Virus record (IMG/VR): IMGVR_UViG_3300027917_000023
Strand: one strand, 5' to 3'
Length of the DNA stretch: 64,000 bases
DNA from: a virus
The translations under genes and the position numbers were made by a program. Each line of letters begins with the position of its first letter. Within the stretch, counting starts at the first letter, position 1. The notes below the pieces were generated by a model. That model was given only the letters and a program-made list of their open reading frames with translations. It had not been told where the DNA came from and searched no databases. Of the stretch, positions 1 through 10,179 are shown piece after piece.

Positions 1-142
1 AAGATGTATAAAACATATACAACTTGTCGAATTGACTCTAAATATAAATGTAAATACTCACCCAACAAGGGTAATCGTTGGAGAAATGGACATATGTGTC
101 GTGAAAAACAAAAGACAGAATTTCTTAAAATATTAAAAGAAC

Positions 143-562
143 ATGGACTTAAATAAATTAATACCACTTAAATTTAGACCAACAATTGGATGTGATTGGG
201 TGGTTAAGGGTAAATATTTAATGTATAAAAAAATAGAGCATATTCCTGTTGCTTTTATTGAAGATGATATTGTTTATATCTTTCTTGATAATAGAATACC
301 AAAACAAATAATCAAATTAATAAAATGGGCAATGGAATTTGATTGTGAATTTTATTTAATGCCGCCCGAATTATCTAACCCTGGTAATGATGTGGATGAA
401 GAAAGAGTTATATCACATTATTTATTTTCTTATTCACAAAAACACTTCTTTAACGAGTTTAATAAAATTGGATTTGATTTAATTAAGAATATGGTTGATT
501 GGTGTAAAAAAGAAAATTGTTTACACTTAATTAAAGATTCATATGCAACTTTTGTGTTATAA
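143..562 (+). CDS. hypothetical protein (one of few plus-strand genes)
   Basis: 420-bp ORF from the track in a gap between minus-strand genes; AT-rich phage-like codon usage; no recognisable motifs. Confidence 0.4.
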   Translation: MDLNKLIPLKFRPTIGCDWVVKGKYLMYKKIEHIPVAFIEDDIVYIFLDNRIPKQIIKLIKWAMEFDCEFYLMPPELSNPGNDVDEERVISHYLFSYSQKHFFNEFNKIGFDLIKNMVDWCKKENCLHLIKDSYATFVL

Positions 563-990
563 AAGTCTTTAGCTGCATAATACAAATTCTGTACGTCAAT
601 CGCCATGAACACCCTCTGTTCCTTGGGGACATTGTATCGTGGTGTGGGTGATGGTGGCGTTCTGCGCTGGTTACTACGATCGGGCTTAAATGCCGTAGCT
701 GGTTGTTGAGATTCACGAATACCAGGTCCGACCCTCCTATCAGATTCAATTATGTTGCCCATACGCTGATACCGATCGTGTTCGCTATGAATATCTGTCC
801 GTTGCATCCACTCTCTCCTAAACTTGTTTCCTTTGAGATTCATTATGCCTGTTCGAAACACAAATGTAACGTTTATTCTTAAAGATGATCTTTGGGATGT
901 TTAGACGACAACCACCAAAACCATCCTGCCTAGAGCCGCCATTAAATATGCATTTTGGATCTCTGCAGGTTTTTTTGTATTGGTGTACGT

Positions 991-1416
991 CTAATATTTT
1001 AGATTTCTGACCTTTTTCCATGGAATGGATGTAGTCTTTGTAAAATCAATAAATTCAGCCATTGATTGCCATATGATTTCCTTGTAGTGTAACGTCGGTT
1101 CCACACCTTTCCCGCTAGACAGTATGCAAATGGCCGGTTTGCCATCTTTCTCGCCAATGAACGATAGAAGACTGGCTACTGCCCCATATGTCTCTTGAAG
1201 ATTGTCGAGGAGTGCCCCAAATTCCTCATAATCTTCTTTAGTATGCTCGTCATCCTTGCACCAAAATTCACATGAAATCACTGCGATTCTTCCGATAGAA
1301 TCCAACATATGGAACTTTGGGGATGGTTCTGTAATACCAGTATTCGACATATACCCTAGAGCATAATCGAATAGATAATCAACATTTTCATCAATCCAAT
1401 CTTTTGTCCTGATCAT
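991..1416 (-). CDS. hypothetical protein
   Basis: 141-aa ORF in the minus-strand gene series; no recognisable motif. Confidence 0.45.
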   Translation of the reverse strand: MIRTKDWIDENVDYLFDYALGYMSNTGITEPSPKFHMLDSIGRIAVISCEFWCKDDEHTKEDYEEFGALLDNLQETYGAVASLLSFIGEKDGKPAICILSSGKGVEPTLHYKEIIWQSMAEFIDFTKTTSIPWKKVRNLKY

Positions 1417-1479
1417 AGATGTAACTCTAAAATACAGAAATTTAACAACACAAAACTTTTCTGTTAATCACGTTAATAA

Positions 1480-1794
1480 TTAGGGTTGATCTTCGTCCAG
1501 CCTAAATAACGATTTGACTTTGAATTCTGGCATGTATCTAATACCCTTTAGATCTCTACCGTTGGCTGGCATCATAATTAACCGATTTTTGAAATCAACG
1601 CCAGTAACAAACCATTTTGAGCCAAGATTTGTGTTTGCACCAAAAATTAACCCGCTATTCCCAGGCCCACCTTTGCTTTCATCTAAACGATATTTCTGAA
1701 TTACACGAGTCACTGGAACCATTTCACCAAGGTCTTTTGTTGTAGGATCCACTACAACATAATTGATTACGTGACCGGAAAGAGCTGCAGACAT
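1480..1794 (-). CDS. hypothetical protein
   Basis: 104-aa ORF whose start abuts the stop of the next gene (1794). Confidence 0.4.
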   Translation of the reverse strand: MSAALSGHVINYVVVDPTTKDLGEMVPVTRVIQKYRLDESKGGPGNSGLIFGANTNLGSKWFVTGVDFKNRLIMMPANGRDLKGIRYMPEFKVKSLFRLDEDQP

Positions 1795-2159
1795 TACCCC
1801 AACTCCTTCAACGCCTCGTTCAGCATCGTTAAGAATCTGTTACGAGATTCAATTGCCGATGGAAATATCATGCGCATACTTCGTCTTTTTGAACCATGAG
1901 ATTTGCCATATTCTGGGTCAGTCTTTGCCTTTTCTGCTTTTACTTTCTCGGCTTCCTGCCTGCCCAATTGTGCGAAATCAATAACATTTTCATCTTCTTC
2001 CGATTCTTCTGGTTCTTCTTCAGAATCGGCTAAGCTCGCGTATGCCTTCTTTAATGGGTCGTCTAGTTCTGTCGGCTTTGGTAGTTTGATTTGTGCGCCG
2101 TAACCAGCAGCCCTAGGGCCATGACCCAAAATATCAGCAATAAAGTCTTCTGTGATCAT
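1794..2159 (-). CDS. hypothetical protein with acidic Ser/Glu patch
   Basis: 121-aa ORF; SEEEPEESEEDE acidic stretch. Confidence 0.4.
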   Translation of the reverse strand: MITEDFIADILGHGPRAAGYGAQIKLPKPTELDDPLKKAYASLADSEEEPEESEEDENVIDFAQLGRQEAEKVKAEKAKTDPEYGKSHGSKRRSMRMIFPSAIESRNRFLTMLNEALKELG

Positions 2160-2384
2160 CTAATATATATTTGCTAGCGCCCGTTGACATCTCCGCAGCA
2201 ATACCTGTTATCTGTCATAGCAGCTTGTCTCATTGCTAACCTACCTTCGACGGTTGGCTGCCTAGCACCAGCAGCTCTAAACGGCCTGAATTCATATCTC
2301 TTTGTTATAGGGGTAAATGTCATAGACGCTGGACCCGGTGGGGCCACAATCCTGGTCGGCAGGATTGGGTATATATTCCTTCTT

Positions 2385-2660
2385 CTAAAAATCTGTATTT
2401 GCATAATACTCTTCTATCTCTTCCTCAACCACTTTTTCAATTGGTTTGTCCTTTGCTTTTTCTGGCTTTGATTCAGGTTCAGTATCTTCATAAATAAGTT
2501 TTATGGCTCTTTTATAATTGCCCAGATTCTTAAACATATCCCTAGATAATTCTCTAAGCGCTTTGCGCAGCTTCATTGTTTGTGAAACTTTCATACCTTT
2601 TTCATACAATATTTCAATGCTCTCCATTATTTCTTCAAATGACATATTATTATATTTCAT
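2385..2660 (-). CDS. hypothetical protein
   Basis: 91-aa ORF overlapping the upstream gene by 4 bp (coupled). Confidence 0.4.
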   Translation of the reverse strand: MKYNNMSFEEIMESIEILYEKGMKVSQTMKLRKALRELSRDMFKNLGNYKRAIKLIYEDTEPESKPEKAKDKPIEKVVEEEIEEYYANTDF

Positions 2661-2944
2661 AATCCTGTTTCTTTACCGCAATGTGTGCACTGCTGTACTC
2701 CACGGCCAATTGTGGACCCACATTCTGGACACATCTCTCTAGCATGCGCGGCATATTTCTTAAAATACGGCTTTGGCTTTTGCCAGCGCCTATATGATAA
2801 TATTTTGGATACTGTCGTCCTAGCTAGCCCCATCTCACTAGCAATCATTGCTATGGCAAACCCAGGGCGATATCCGAGGCCCCTAAGCTCACCAAACCTC
2901 TTTGGAATGGCGCTAATCGCCACAGGATCGATTTGATAGTCCAT
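2657..2944 (-). CDS. putative DNA-binding protein, helix-turn-helix plus C-terminal CxxC...CxxC zinc ribbon
   Basis: IAMIASEMGLARTTVSKIL HTH-like segment; CPECG...CTHCG zinc ribbon at C-terminus. Confidence 0.45.
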   Translation of the reverse strand: MDYQIDPVAISAIPKRFGELRGLGYRPGFAIAMIASEMGLARTTVSKILSYRRWQKPKPYFKKYAAHAREMCPECGSTIGRGVQQCTHCGKETGL

Positions 2945-3017
2945 TTCCTGTACTCAGAAAGCCCTTTCCTTAGCTTTTCCTGAAGCGTTCGTCGGTAAAC
3001 AGCTACCTAAATACTCG

Positions 3018-4172
3018 TCAACGCCTCTGAAGCCCGGAGAGCTTCTTTATGATATGCTGGACACGGTGATGGAGGGTGTGTCCGTTGAGGATCTCTGCCC
3101 TTGCTTTATTCCCGATATCCATAGCCTCGTGAGTGTGGTCCAGATAATATTTGTACTTATTTTGAACCTCTCTTAAACCAGCATCAGACATAACATCATA
3201 TTTGATGCAATTCTTCAACATATTCTGAGACATTGGGCGGTTAGGCGGGCAATTATATTGGAATAATAACCTCCCACAGGCCATACTCTCAACCGCCCTA
3301 GGGGTAACTCCAGAGAATATAGACCTAAGATTAAACGATATAAGGAAACTATTGTAAGCTTTTTTAAGTTCATCAGTGTGTATCAAAGCAGTATGTGGGT
3401 TGCTAAATTCCCCTTTCCTTGGCGTCTGACAAACCACAAGATCCAAACCAAGTCTTTGTAGTATTGCCGCCCTAATGTTGGATCTAGTTCCAACAAAACA
3501 CCCTGATGGATAATATCTCTTGCCAGGCAACAGCCTACTAGACCTCACTGTCTGTGACTTGTCTTTGAGTAGGCTTGCGCGACCAGATCTAATCCCGTAT
3601 CTAGTGCCATATTTTATCTTGGCTTTGTCAGACAATTTTGGCGTTTTAACATTTTTCTCCATCGCTACCATTCTAGCATCTGGAGAAAAGACTTCAGCAT
3701 CGACACCAAATGGTAGCCAAAATGACGGTTTGCCTTCTTCTTTGAATCTTTCGTAATCAAGCTCATCAGCACAGAATACAGCATCGATTACATCAAACTC
3801 ATCCAATGTCTTACACTTCGTGAAACCATTATGGAACTCTTTGTTGTCAATCAAAAAGTGTTTTGGATATCTCTCGCCCCAGGCAACTGCACCATACGGA
3901 TCTGTCAATGACTCATAAGTCCAGGCCACAAGTTTTGATTTATGGCCTTTAATGCTGTGGCGGCTAATCTTACTCCTAAAATGTTCATATCCTACAAACA
4001 GGATGATGTCAGCATTAGTATCAAGAAGCCCAGGTATGTTGCGCCTATCAGTCCAATTTTCTATATTTCCATGTCTATTCAACACACCCATATTGTTCAT
4101 TGTATTGAGCAGGCCCCAACTTAGCACCCATGCCTGCTCTCTAATAGGCCAGAAGTATAGGTCGAATTTCAT
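3018..4172 (-). CDS. hypothetical protein in glycan-modification cluster
   Basis: 384-aa ORF overlapping downstream oxidoreductase by 4 bp; no clear motif. Confidence 0.5.
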   Translation of the reverse strand: MKFDLYFWPIREQAWVLSWGLLNTMNNMGVLNRHGNIENWTDRRNIPGLLDTNADIILFVGYEHFRSKISRHSIKGHKSKLVAWTYESLTDPYGAVAWGERYPKHFLIDNKEFHNGFTKCKTLDEFDVIDAVFCADELDYERFKEEGKPSFWLPFGVDAEVFSPDARMVAMEKNVKTPKLSDKAKIKYGTRYGIRSGRASLLKDKSQTVRSSRLLPGKRYYPSGCFVGTRSNIRAAILQRLGLDLVVCQTPRKGEFSNPHTALIHTDELKKAYNSFLISFNLRSIFSGVTPRAVESMACGRLLFQYNCPPNRPMSQNMLKNCIKYDVMSDAGLREVQNKYKYYLDHTHEAMDIGNKARAEILNGHTLHHRVQHIIKKLSGLQRR

Positions 4173-5326
4173 TCTATGTCACTCGAACGAATGGGTTGAT
4201 CCTTGCTTATTGTAGTTTTTATCTTTCTGCCATTTACATCATATATTTTTACCCACCCACGATCATCAATCAACGACTGCAGAGCTATTTCCCCGTACAC
4301 AGTATCTTGCCCAGGCTCATTCAAGACATCACCAGGTAACAAATCCTTTTTAGCAACAGCATAAATGTCAGATACCCTGCCCTCCCACGGAGCGAGCATA
4401 GGCTCCCTATCAAACCACAACTTGCCAATTGCATACGCTGTCTCAAGGTGGCACAGATGATAAGGTCTGTAAAACAGATAATATGGACCACCACCCATTT
4501 TATAATACTTCAACAACGACCTCTGAAATGTATCGTGGCATTCGGCGACTATGAATACACCACCATCAGGTTCAGCGCCAAGAATATATTCAACACACGG
4601 GTTTTCTCTGATTTCGTCAAAATTGTAATAATAAAGCACCTCCTTAACGTGTTCCATTCTAGGGCCTTCCATGCGGTCATTGTACGGCACAAAACCAGTG
4701 GCGTTTGACATAATTGCCATTTCTATTGCTAGTTTTGTACCGTCAGTGTATGTCACGCACATCTGTGGATCTAGATTCCTGATCTTAGCCTCATGAATTA
4801 TAGATTCTGGAGTAGCATGTCTATTCAGAAACCCTTTTATGTTGCCAATCATGATCGGCTTCAAACCCATCATAATGATCTCTTCAAACATTTTGATCAG
4901 CACGCCATATTGGTCACCATCAGTGCTGCTATAAATTACATCATTGTCCTTGGCCATTTCGTACAATTTAGGACCATAAAAACAATCGACTTCACCGTTC
5001 ATCAAGATAATATGATTGCCAGATTCTATCGCAGCTTTAGTATATTCAAATCCCATAGTAAACGATGATGATGCTTCTATGAAAATGTCGATGTCATCTG
5101 ATTTAGCGACTTCCATGCAGTCCTGGATTCTAAAACCAGCATTCGGTAGCAATCTTTTAGTCTCTTCGATCTTGTCGCTGTTGATGTCGCTTATAGCCAC
5201 CAACTCCATCCCAGGAGTGTGGTGTATGTTGAATGCCATCCCTTTGCCCATAGCACCCAGGCCAATTAAACCGATCTTTATTTTGTCGCCTGAGCTCTCT
5301 AGGTTCATAAATTTATTAAGAAACAT
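4169..5326 (-). CDS. NAD(P)-binding oxidoreductase (Rossmann N-terminus, possible SAF-like C-terminal domain)
   Basis: KIGLIGLGAMGKGMAFN GxGxxG dinucleotide-binding motif near N-terminus; 385 aa. Confidence 0.55.
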   Translation of the reverse strand: MFLNKFMNLESSGDKIKIGLIGLGAMGKGMAFNIHHTPGMELVAISDINSDKIEETKRLLPNAGFRIQDCMEVAKSDDIDIFIEASSSFTMGFEYTKAAIESGNHIILMNGEVDCFYGPKLYEMAKDNDVIYSSTDGDQYGVLIKMFEEIIMMGLKPIMIGNIKGFLNRHATPESIIHEAKIRNLDPQMCVTYTDGTKLAIEMAIMSNATGFVPYNDRMEGPRMEHVKEVLYYYNFDEIRENPCVEYILGAEPDGGVFIVAECHDTFQRSLLKYYKMGGGPYYLFYRPYHLCHLETAYAIGKLWFDREPMLAPWEGRVSDIYAVAKKDLLPGDVLNEPGQDTVYGEIALQSLIDDRGWVKIYDVNGRKIKTTISKDQPIRSSDIE

Positions 5327-5630
5327 CTTCGCCCTCCTCTTTCTTGGATGTTACAGTATCTTCGTGGCCTCTGGAGCATCGCACACATAATGGATTCCCA
5401 ATATACATATAACGCCGCCCACACATATCGCAGTCACGCGGCCACCAGCCTATAGAATCCATTTCATCAAATGCATCCTCACGAGCATCTTTACCATCGC
5501 CAACAATCCATGCCACCTTGGTACAATGCAATTCGCCCTGGATCATGGACTGTTTTTCATCTTGAGACATTGCTATAAATATGTCCCATTCTTGAGAGTC
5601 GTATACTTCACCATTTATTTTTATAATCAC
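5316..5630 (-). CDS. small zinc-ribbon protein
   Basis: CDMCG...CVRC cysteine pairs; 104 aa. Confidence 0.4.
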   Translation of the reverse strand: MIIKINGEVYDSQEWDIFIAMSQDEKQSMIQGELHCTKVAWIVGDGKDAREDAFDEMDSIGWWPRDCDMCGRRYMYIGNPLCVRCSRGHEDTVTSKKEEGEDVS

Positions 5631-6577
5631 ACCTCAATTCTCCTAGCCTGTTTTATGACACCCCACTTTTTGCCTTTGTTCACTTGAAGTGGTGTCTTAC
5701 CGACTCTTTGTACTGCAGAAAGCCATTTGTCATTCTTAAAATCTCTTTCATGCTCCAGATGGATCATGTGTGCCTTTTGGAGCAAAACTTCCTTCCATCC
5801 CCTACGCAACAATCTAGACAAGATTTCGGCCTCTATCGATATATGCTTGCCTTCTTCAAACCCACCAAGCTCTTCCCAACTCTTTCTACGCATTGCGGAG
5901 CCAAATGATCCACACCATCTTATCCCAGACCACTTGAAACCCCTACCTTCGTAAGCTGTCTTCCACAGTATATCAAAATTGATGCGCCCTGGCACATCTC
6001 CGTTGACACCAGGTACCTGGCCTCTAGCTTCGTAATGCTGCTCTATCAAGCGTGGCTTAACTTTAATATCACCACGGTACTTCTGGAACGCCGCAGCAAT
6101 CTGTTTGAAATTAGATGGATGTTGTATGACTTCTGCCTGAGTTAGGAAAATTATCTCATTTGACGCCTGTTTTATTAAGAAATTCTTACGCCGCATATCA
6201 TAGTAAAATGGGTATGGTTTTGCTTCCAGCGGAATCTCAAAATACTTGATGTTGATTTGGTCTTTGTATCTCTTTATAACCTGCCTAGTTGATGGGCCTG
6301 TGCCGTCATTCAGAACAACCACTTCGAGTTTGTCTTTGGGATAGTCGGAATAAGCAATGCTATTCAGACCCAATTTTAGCAGATTGTCCCGTCTGAATGT
6401 AATTAAACCGATAGATATGTTTGGCAATTCTCCAGATGGTTCAAGAGTATCAGTGTGAACAATTGGTGGGTTGCACTTGCTTAGTTGTGCGATATGATTT
6501 TCAACATCTTTGATTGAGGTTATAAGATCTTGGGTTACATCTATTCCTCTATCGCGAGCAACCACCCTTTTATCCAT
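5627..6577 (-). CDS. GT2-family (GT-A fold) glycosyltransferase
   Basis: ISIGLITFRRDNLLKLGLNSI ... EVVVLNDGTGP resembles GT2 N-terminal signature. Confidence 0.6.
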   Translation of the reverse strand: MDKRVVARDRGIDVTQDLITSIKDVENHIAQLSKCNPPIVHTDTLEPSGELPNISIGLITFRRDNLLKLGLNSIAYSDYPKDKLEVVVLNDGTGPSTRQVIKRYKDQINIKYFEIPLEAKPYPFYYDMRRKNFLIKQASNEIIFLTQAEVIQHPSNFKQIAAAFQKYRGDIKVKPRLIEQHYEARGQVPGVNGDVPGRINFDILWKTAYEGRGFKWSGIRWCGSFGSAMRRKSWEELGGFEEGKHISIEAEILSRLLRRGWKEVLLQKAHMIHLEHERDFKNDKWLSAVQRVGKTPLQVNKGKKWGVIKQARRIEV

Positions 6578-6617
6578 AAAATAGTCTCCTTTTTAAGTAT
6601 ATACCATTTCCTTATCT

Positions 6618-7580
6618 TTGGTAATAATGCGCCCGGGAAAATATACTGTGGAGGTATTTATGGACAAAGTCGAAGCGATAGCCCTGGTTATTACTGAAAA
6701 TCCAGATGAGATTCTCGGCGATGAAAATCAAATAGCCGAATTATACACTCTAGTCAGCAGAGATGCAGATGCAATAATCACTAGAGAAATGAACGAGATC
6801 GTTAAGGCTATAGAAAGAGCCAAAGCAGATGAGCGTTTAAAACCACTCGGTGACAAAGTAGAAAATGAATTAAAATCAAATATCGTGTCACCATTGAAAA
6901 ATTTCGTCAAAGGATTGCTCAAAAACGTCGCGCAGGAACCAGCCACTCAAATAGGGCCTCAAGACACACAACTTGCCGCTACAAAAATTGCTGAACCTGC
7001 AGGTGTCTTTGGCGAATCAACAATAATAGAGTCATTATTATTAGAAGCACTCAAATTGGGCATACCCAAAGGTATCATTACGAAACTATATTCCGAGTTC
7101 AAGAGTGCTATAGAAAGAGCCACCACACAAATAGGAGAGAAAATAGAGCTACACTTCGATAGGTTTAAGGACGTCCCTGATAAGACTAAAGAGAAGATTA
7201 GAGATGGGTTAGAAAGAGCACTGATTCCATCGCGCAATCTAGCAAAGAGGCTTGGCGCTGCGATAACTAAGCTGGGCGCTGGTGCTCATCTAGGTGGAGA
7301 GCAAACCGAGACTGGTGTCGAATACTCTACTTCACAGCAAGCAGCGCAATGGGTCGACAAAGTAGAGGCGTGGGCTAGCAAAGCGCCACCACAGCAAGCA
7401 CAAAAAGCGATACAAAAATTTTATAAGCATTTTGGAGAGATATATTCAAAGGCCAGGCAAGCCGTTGCAGAAAATCCAGATAACGTAAAAGCACGAAGAG
7501 CACTCGATATGGCAAGCGGTTATATCTCTTCGCTACAGAAATTATCCATGAAAAAGTTTGGTGAGTACCCCAGGAACTAA
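6618..7580 (+). CDS. hypothetical alpha-helical protein (plus strand)
   Basis: 320-aa ORF filling a gap between minus-strand genes; convergent with helicase gene. Confidence 0.5.
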   Translation: MVIMRPGKYTVEVFMDKVEAIALVITENPDEILGDENQIAELYTLVSRDADAIITREMNEIVKAIERAKADERLKPLGDKVENELKSNIVSPLKNFVKGLLKNVAQEPATQIGPQDTQLAATKIAEPAGVFGESTIIESLLLEALKLGIPKGIITKLYSEFKSAIERATTQIGEKIELHFDRFKDVPDKTKEKIRDGLERALIPSRNLAKRLGAAITKLGAGAHLGGEQTETGVEYSTSQQAAQWVDKVEAWASKAPPQQAQKAIQKFYKHFGEIYSKARQAVAENPDNVKARRALDMASGYISSLQKLSMKKFGEYPRN

Positions 7581-9217
7581 ATCTGTATAGCTTCCAGGAA
7601 CCACTCCGGTAAAATATTGGCAGCCATGCTGAAGAACCGCCCAAAGTCTTCATCTACGATATAAGTGTGTGCCCAATCCTTATCGTGTCTAACCGACCGA
7701 CCATACGATTGGCAGATCTTCAGAGCTGTCAGCCACACGTAGTAATTCCATGAAATTTCAACTCTTTTCTTCAATTGTGGGTTTGCATTCTGATTTGGAT
7801 ACGGCACTTTGCAAATAATTTGGAATCTACTATCATTGTCGGTTAAATTGAGTCCCTCATGCATTGCTGGTGCTATTATGACTGAATTTTCATATTGCGA
7901 ATGTTCTTCAAGCATTTCATCTTTACTAACGAAATCTTTTTGGAACAAAAACCTATCAGAGGAATCGCATGCGTCGATTAGTAAATTTGCTATTTCAAAA
8001 TTGTGTGTATGAATTATTCCCTTATTATCTGGATATTTCTCACATATTCTATCAACAGTCTCCACGAGTCTCGGATATGTTCTCACTTTGTTTTTATAGC
8101 TAAGAGAGCCGCATGGTTCAAAATAAATCGGGCGGTTCTCGACTGGAAACACGCTAGGCATTTTATAAGATGCGACTTCATTTTCATCTAATCCCAGCGC
8201 ATCAACCATCGTCCTATGCGAAAGAATGGTGGCGCTCATTAGCAAAATTTTGTCTGCTTTCGAAAACAACAATTCGTTGGCATATTTCCTAATGAATAAT
8301 GGTTTCAATTCAATCATTCTGTGTCTTTTCTTAGTAAAATTACACACCCATTTGTCGTTATCAACCTCTCTCAACAAAGCAAGCCTGGTAAGCATACTCT
8401 CAAGTCGTTCCAACTTCTTGATTTTATCGTTCGCACTCGCGGTTGCTGCAAGCAATCGCACCCTGCCCATCAGGTCTATCTCGTCGAAATATTTAGCATA
8501 TTCCTCTGGTGTCTTTCGTTCCTCCAAGATTATATCCAAATCCCTATCAGATATGGTAATAGAAACAAAGTCTAAAAGTTTGCCTTCCGTATTATGTGCT
8601 TCGTCCAGGCACATGAAGTTTCTCTTAGGGAATGCATCGGTAAACACTGTCTGGTACAAAAACGAATCAAAATTCATCACACACATCTGCGCTGCTCTTG
8701 CCCTGAAGTTGGCATACCAGTATGCACAACTGGGCATACCATTGATCAAGGCCCCTGGGAACTCGTTTGGTACACACTCACCCATTTTTGCTACTTTTTT
8801 GATAATCTTACACACACCAACATTGCAATTGAATTTAAACTCTGGACGGCTCAATTCTGCTATGAGCGTGCTCCGTATAGCGTCACCATCTTCTTTTGCT
8901 TTCCTTATCATCTTAGGCCATAATTTGCATTCGTAAGCGTTACGACCCTTAATCGTAGCCAACGATTTATCGTGACCAAAGTCGTTAATAAGCTGGTTCT
9001 GCAAAATCTTCGTTGCTGTAAGATAATATGCTTTATCAAAGTGCTTGGCAACTGTATATGCTATAGCAGATTTCCCAGCGCCAGTTGGCGATTCTAAAAA
9101 GACGACCCTTTTACCATTTGCAAATGAATCAAGCACGAATTCAATAGCCTCTTTTTGTCTGGGTCTAAACGACGGGAATGGAAAATATTTCATAGTATCC
9201 TCAAAAAAGATATACAT
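7577..9217 (-). CDS. XPD/Rad3/DinG-like superfamily 2 helicase with Fe-S cysteine cluster
   Basis: Motif I ESPTGAGKS; DEAH-type box MCLDEAHN; four Cys (CKLWP, CNVGVC, CAYW) between motifs I and II as in Fe-S helicases. Confidence 0.65.
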   Translation of the reverse strand: MYIFFEDTMKYFPFPSFRPRQKEAIEFVLDSFANGKRVVFLESPTGAGKSAIAYTVAKHFDKAYYLTATKILQNQLINDFGHDKSLATIKGRNAYECKLWPKMIRKAKEDGDAIRSTLIAELSRPEFKFNCNVGVCKIIKKVAKMGECVPNEFPGALINGMPSCAYWYANFRARAAQMCVMNFDSFLYQTVFTDAFPKRNFMCLDEAHNTEGKLLDFVSITISDRDLDIILEERKTPEEYAKYFDEIDLMGRVRLLAATASANDKIKKLERLESMLTRLALLREVDNDKWVCNFTKKRHRMIELKPLFIRKYANELLFSKADKILLMSATILSHRTMVDALGLDENEVASYKMPSVFPVENRPIYFEPCGSLSYKNKVRTYPRLVETVDRICEKYPDNKGIIHTHNFEIANLLIDACDSSDRFLFQKDFVSKDEMLEEHSQYENSVIIAPAMHEGLNLTDNDSRFQIICKVPYPNQNANPQLKKRVEISWNYYVWLTALKICQSYGRSVRHDKDWAHTYIVDEDFGRFFSMAANILPEWFLEAIQI

Positions 9218-9253
9218 TAAAATACGGACAATCAGGTGTGCTATTTGGGGATG

Positions 9254-9607
9254 TTATTTGATTTTGAAGTACTTCAGGAGTCTGCTGACGATAGTATCTT
9301 TCAGGCCAGAATCATCGACGCCCTCTTTTTGGGCTAGCTTCTGCAAATCCTTTTTCTTCATAGTTTTCAGATCAGTCTTGGTTGGGGTGTCAGGTTTAGA
9401 AACTTTCTTGACCTTCTTGGTCTTCTTGGTCTTAACGGGTTTGATTTCCACCTTATCATCGGTTGTACCGAATTTCTTATCCGGTCCAGGCTTCACTTCA
9501 GCCTTCATAATCCCGACTTTGACTTTAATTCTAGGCTTGCAATGTACGCAAGCCCCTTCATTCAGTTCGCCCCTAGATACTATACGCTTGCATTTTGGGC
9601 AACGCAT
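9254..9607 (-). CDS. zinc-ribbon, lysine-rich, SAP-domain DNA-binding protein
   Basis: Start moved to internal Met (MRCPKCKR) preceded by GGGGGG RBS; CPKC...CVHC ribbon; C-terminal KKDLQKLAQKEGVDDSGLKDTIVSRLLKY matches SAP motif. Confidence 0.5.
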   Translation of the reverse strand: MRCPKCKRIVSRGELNEGACVHCKPRIKVKVGIMKAEVKPGPDKKFGTTDDKVEIKPVKTKKTKKVKKVSKPDTPTKTDLKTMKKKDLQKLAQKEGVDDSGLKDTIVSRLLKYFKIK

Positions 9608-9617
9608 AATTCCCCCC

Positions 9618-10079
9618 TTAGCTGCTCGGCGTAATTGCAGCAGTATCAAAAATCAGTGCCAGCATCGTGTCGAGCTTATCGGTGTATGTGCTCAGGTTGT
9701 CAGACTCCGTGATGAGGTCTGGCAAATCAAGCCTGTGCTGGCCGCCGAAGTCATACCTAGAGTACGCCGGATAACTCGTTGAATCATCCAGCGAGAACAG
9801 GAAGTCAGCCATCAAGACTATATCGGTGATGGTTTTAGTGGCTGCTGCACCAGCATCCATCGTTGCTGCACTGACGAACGACAGATTCTCCCACAACGCA
9901 GTCTGAATGGCATCATACACTGTCGTATTAGTGATCTCAATCTGTGCGTAAGTTCCACCAGACGTAAAAACGCCCCAATTATTCCCACCTTCGTATTGGC
10001 AGTGAAAATACCCTACAGTGTTATCATTGTAGGTTACTATTCCAGAAAACCGTGCTGCCATGTCAGTAATCGAAGCCAT
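9618..10079 (-). CDS. hypothetical protein (possibly structural)
   Basis: 153-aa ORF adjacent to tail fibre block. Confidence 0.4.
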   Translation of the reverse strand: MASITDMAARFSGIVTYNDNTVGYFHCQYEGGNNWGVFTSGGTYAQIEITNTTVYDAIQTALWENLSFVSAATMDAGAAATKTITDIVLMADFLFSLDDSTSYPAYSRYDFGGQHRLDLPDLITESDNLSTYTDKLDTMLALIFDTAAITPSS

Positions 10080-10179
10080 ATTTCACCTCATAAATTTTAG
10101 GATCTATTATACGTTTGCCAGGACGTATTCTTATTGGTCCAGTGTATGGGAATAAATAAAATGAGCTTTTGGAGATATT

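Noticed and set aside
1-156. Possible 3' end of a plus-strand gene entering from the left edge (…KMYKTYTTCRIDSKYKCKYSPNKGNRWRNGHMCREKQ…)
   Set aside because: It is open at the window start and only about 50 codons long. It overlaps the start of 143..562. It cannot be supported without upstream sequence.
430-1021. Minus-strand ORFs 430..861, 531..749, 818..1021 in the convergent gap after 143..562
   Set aside because: They overlap one another and the plus-strand gene, with no RBS and with skewed composition. This is most likely non-coding spacer between convergent genes.
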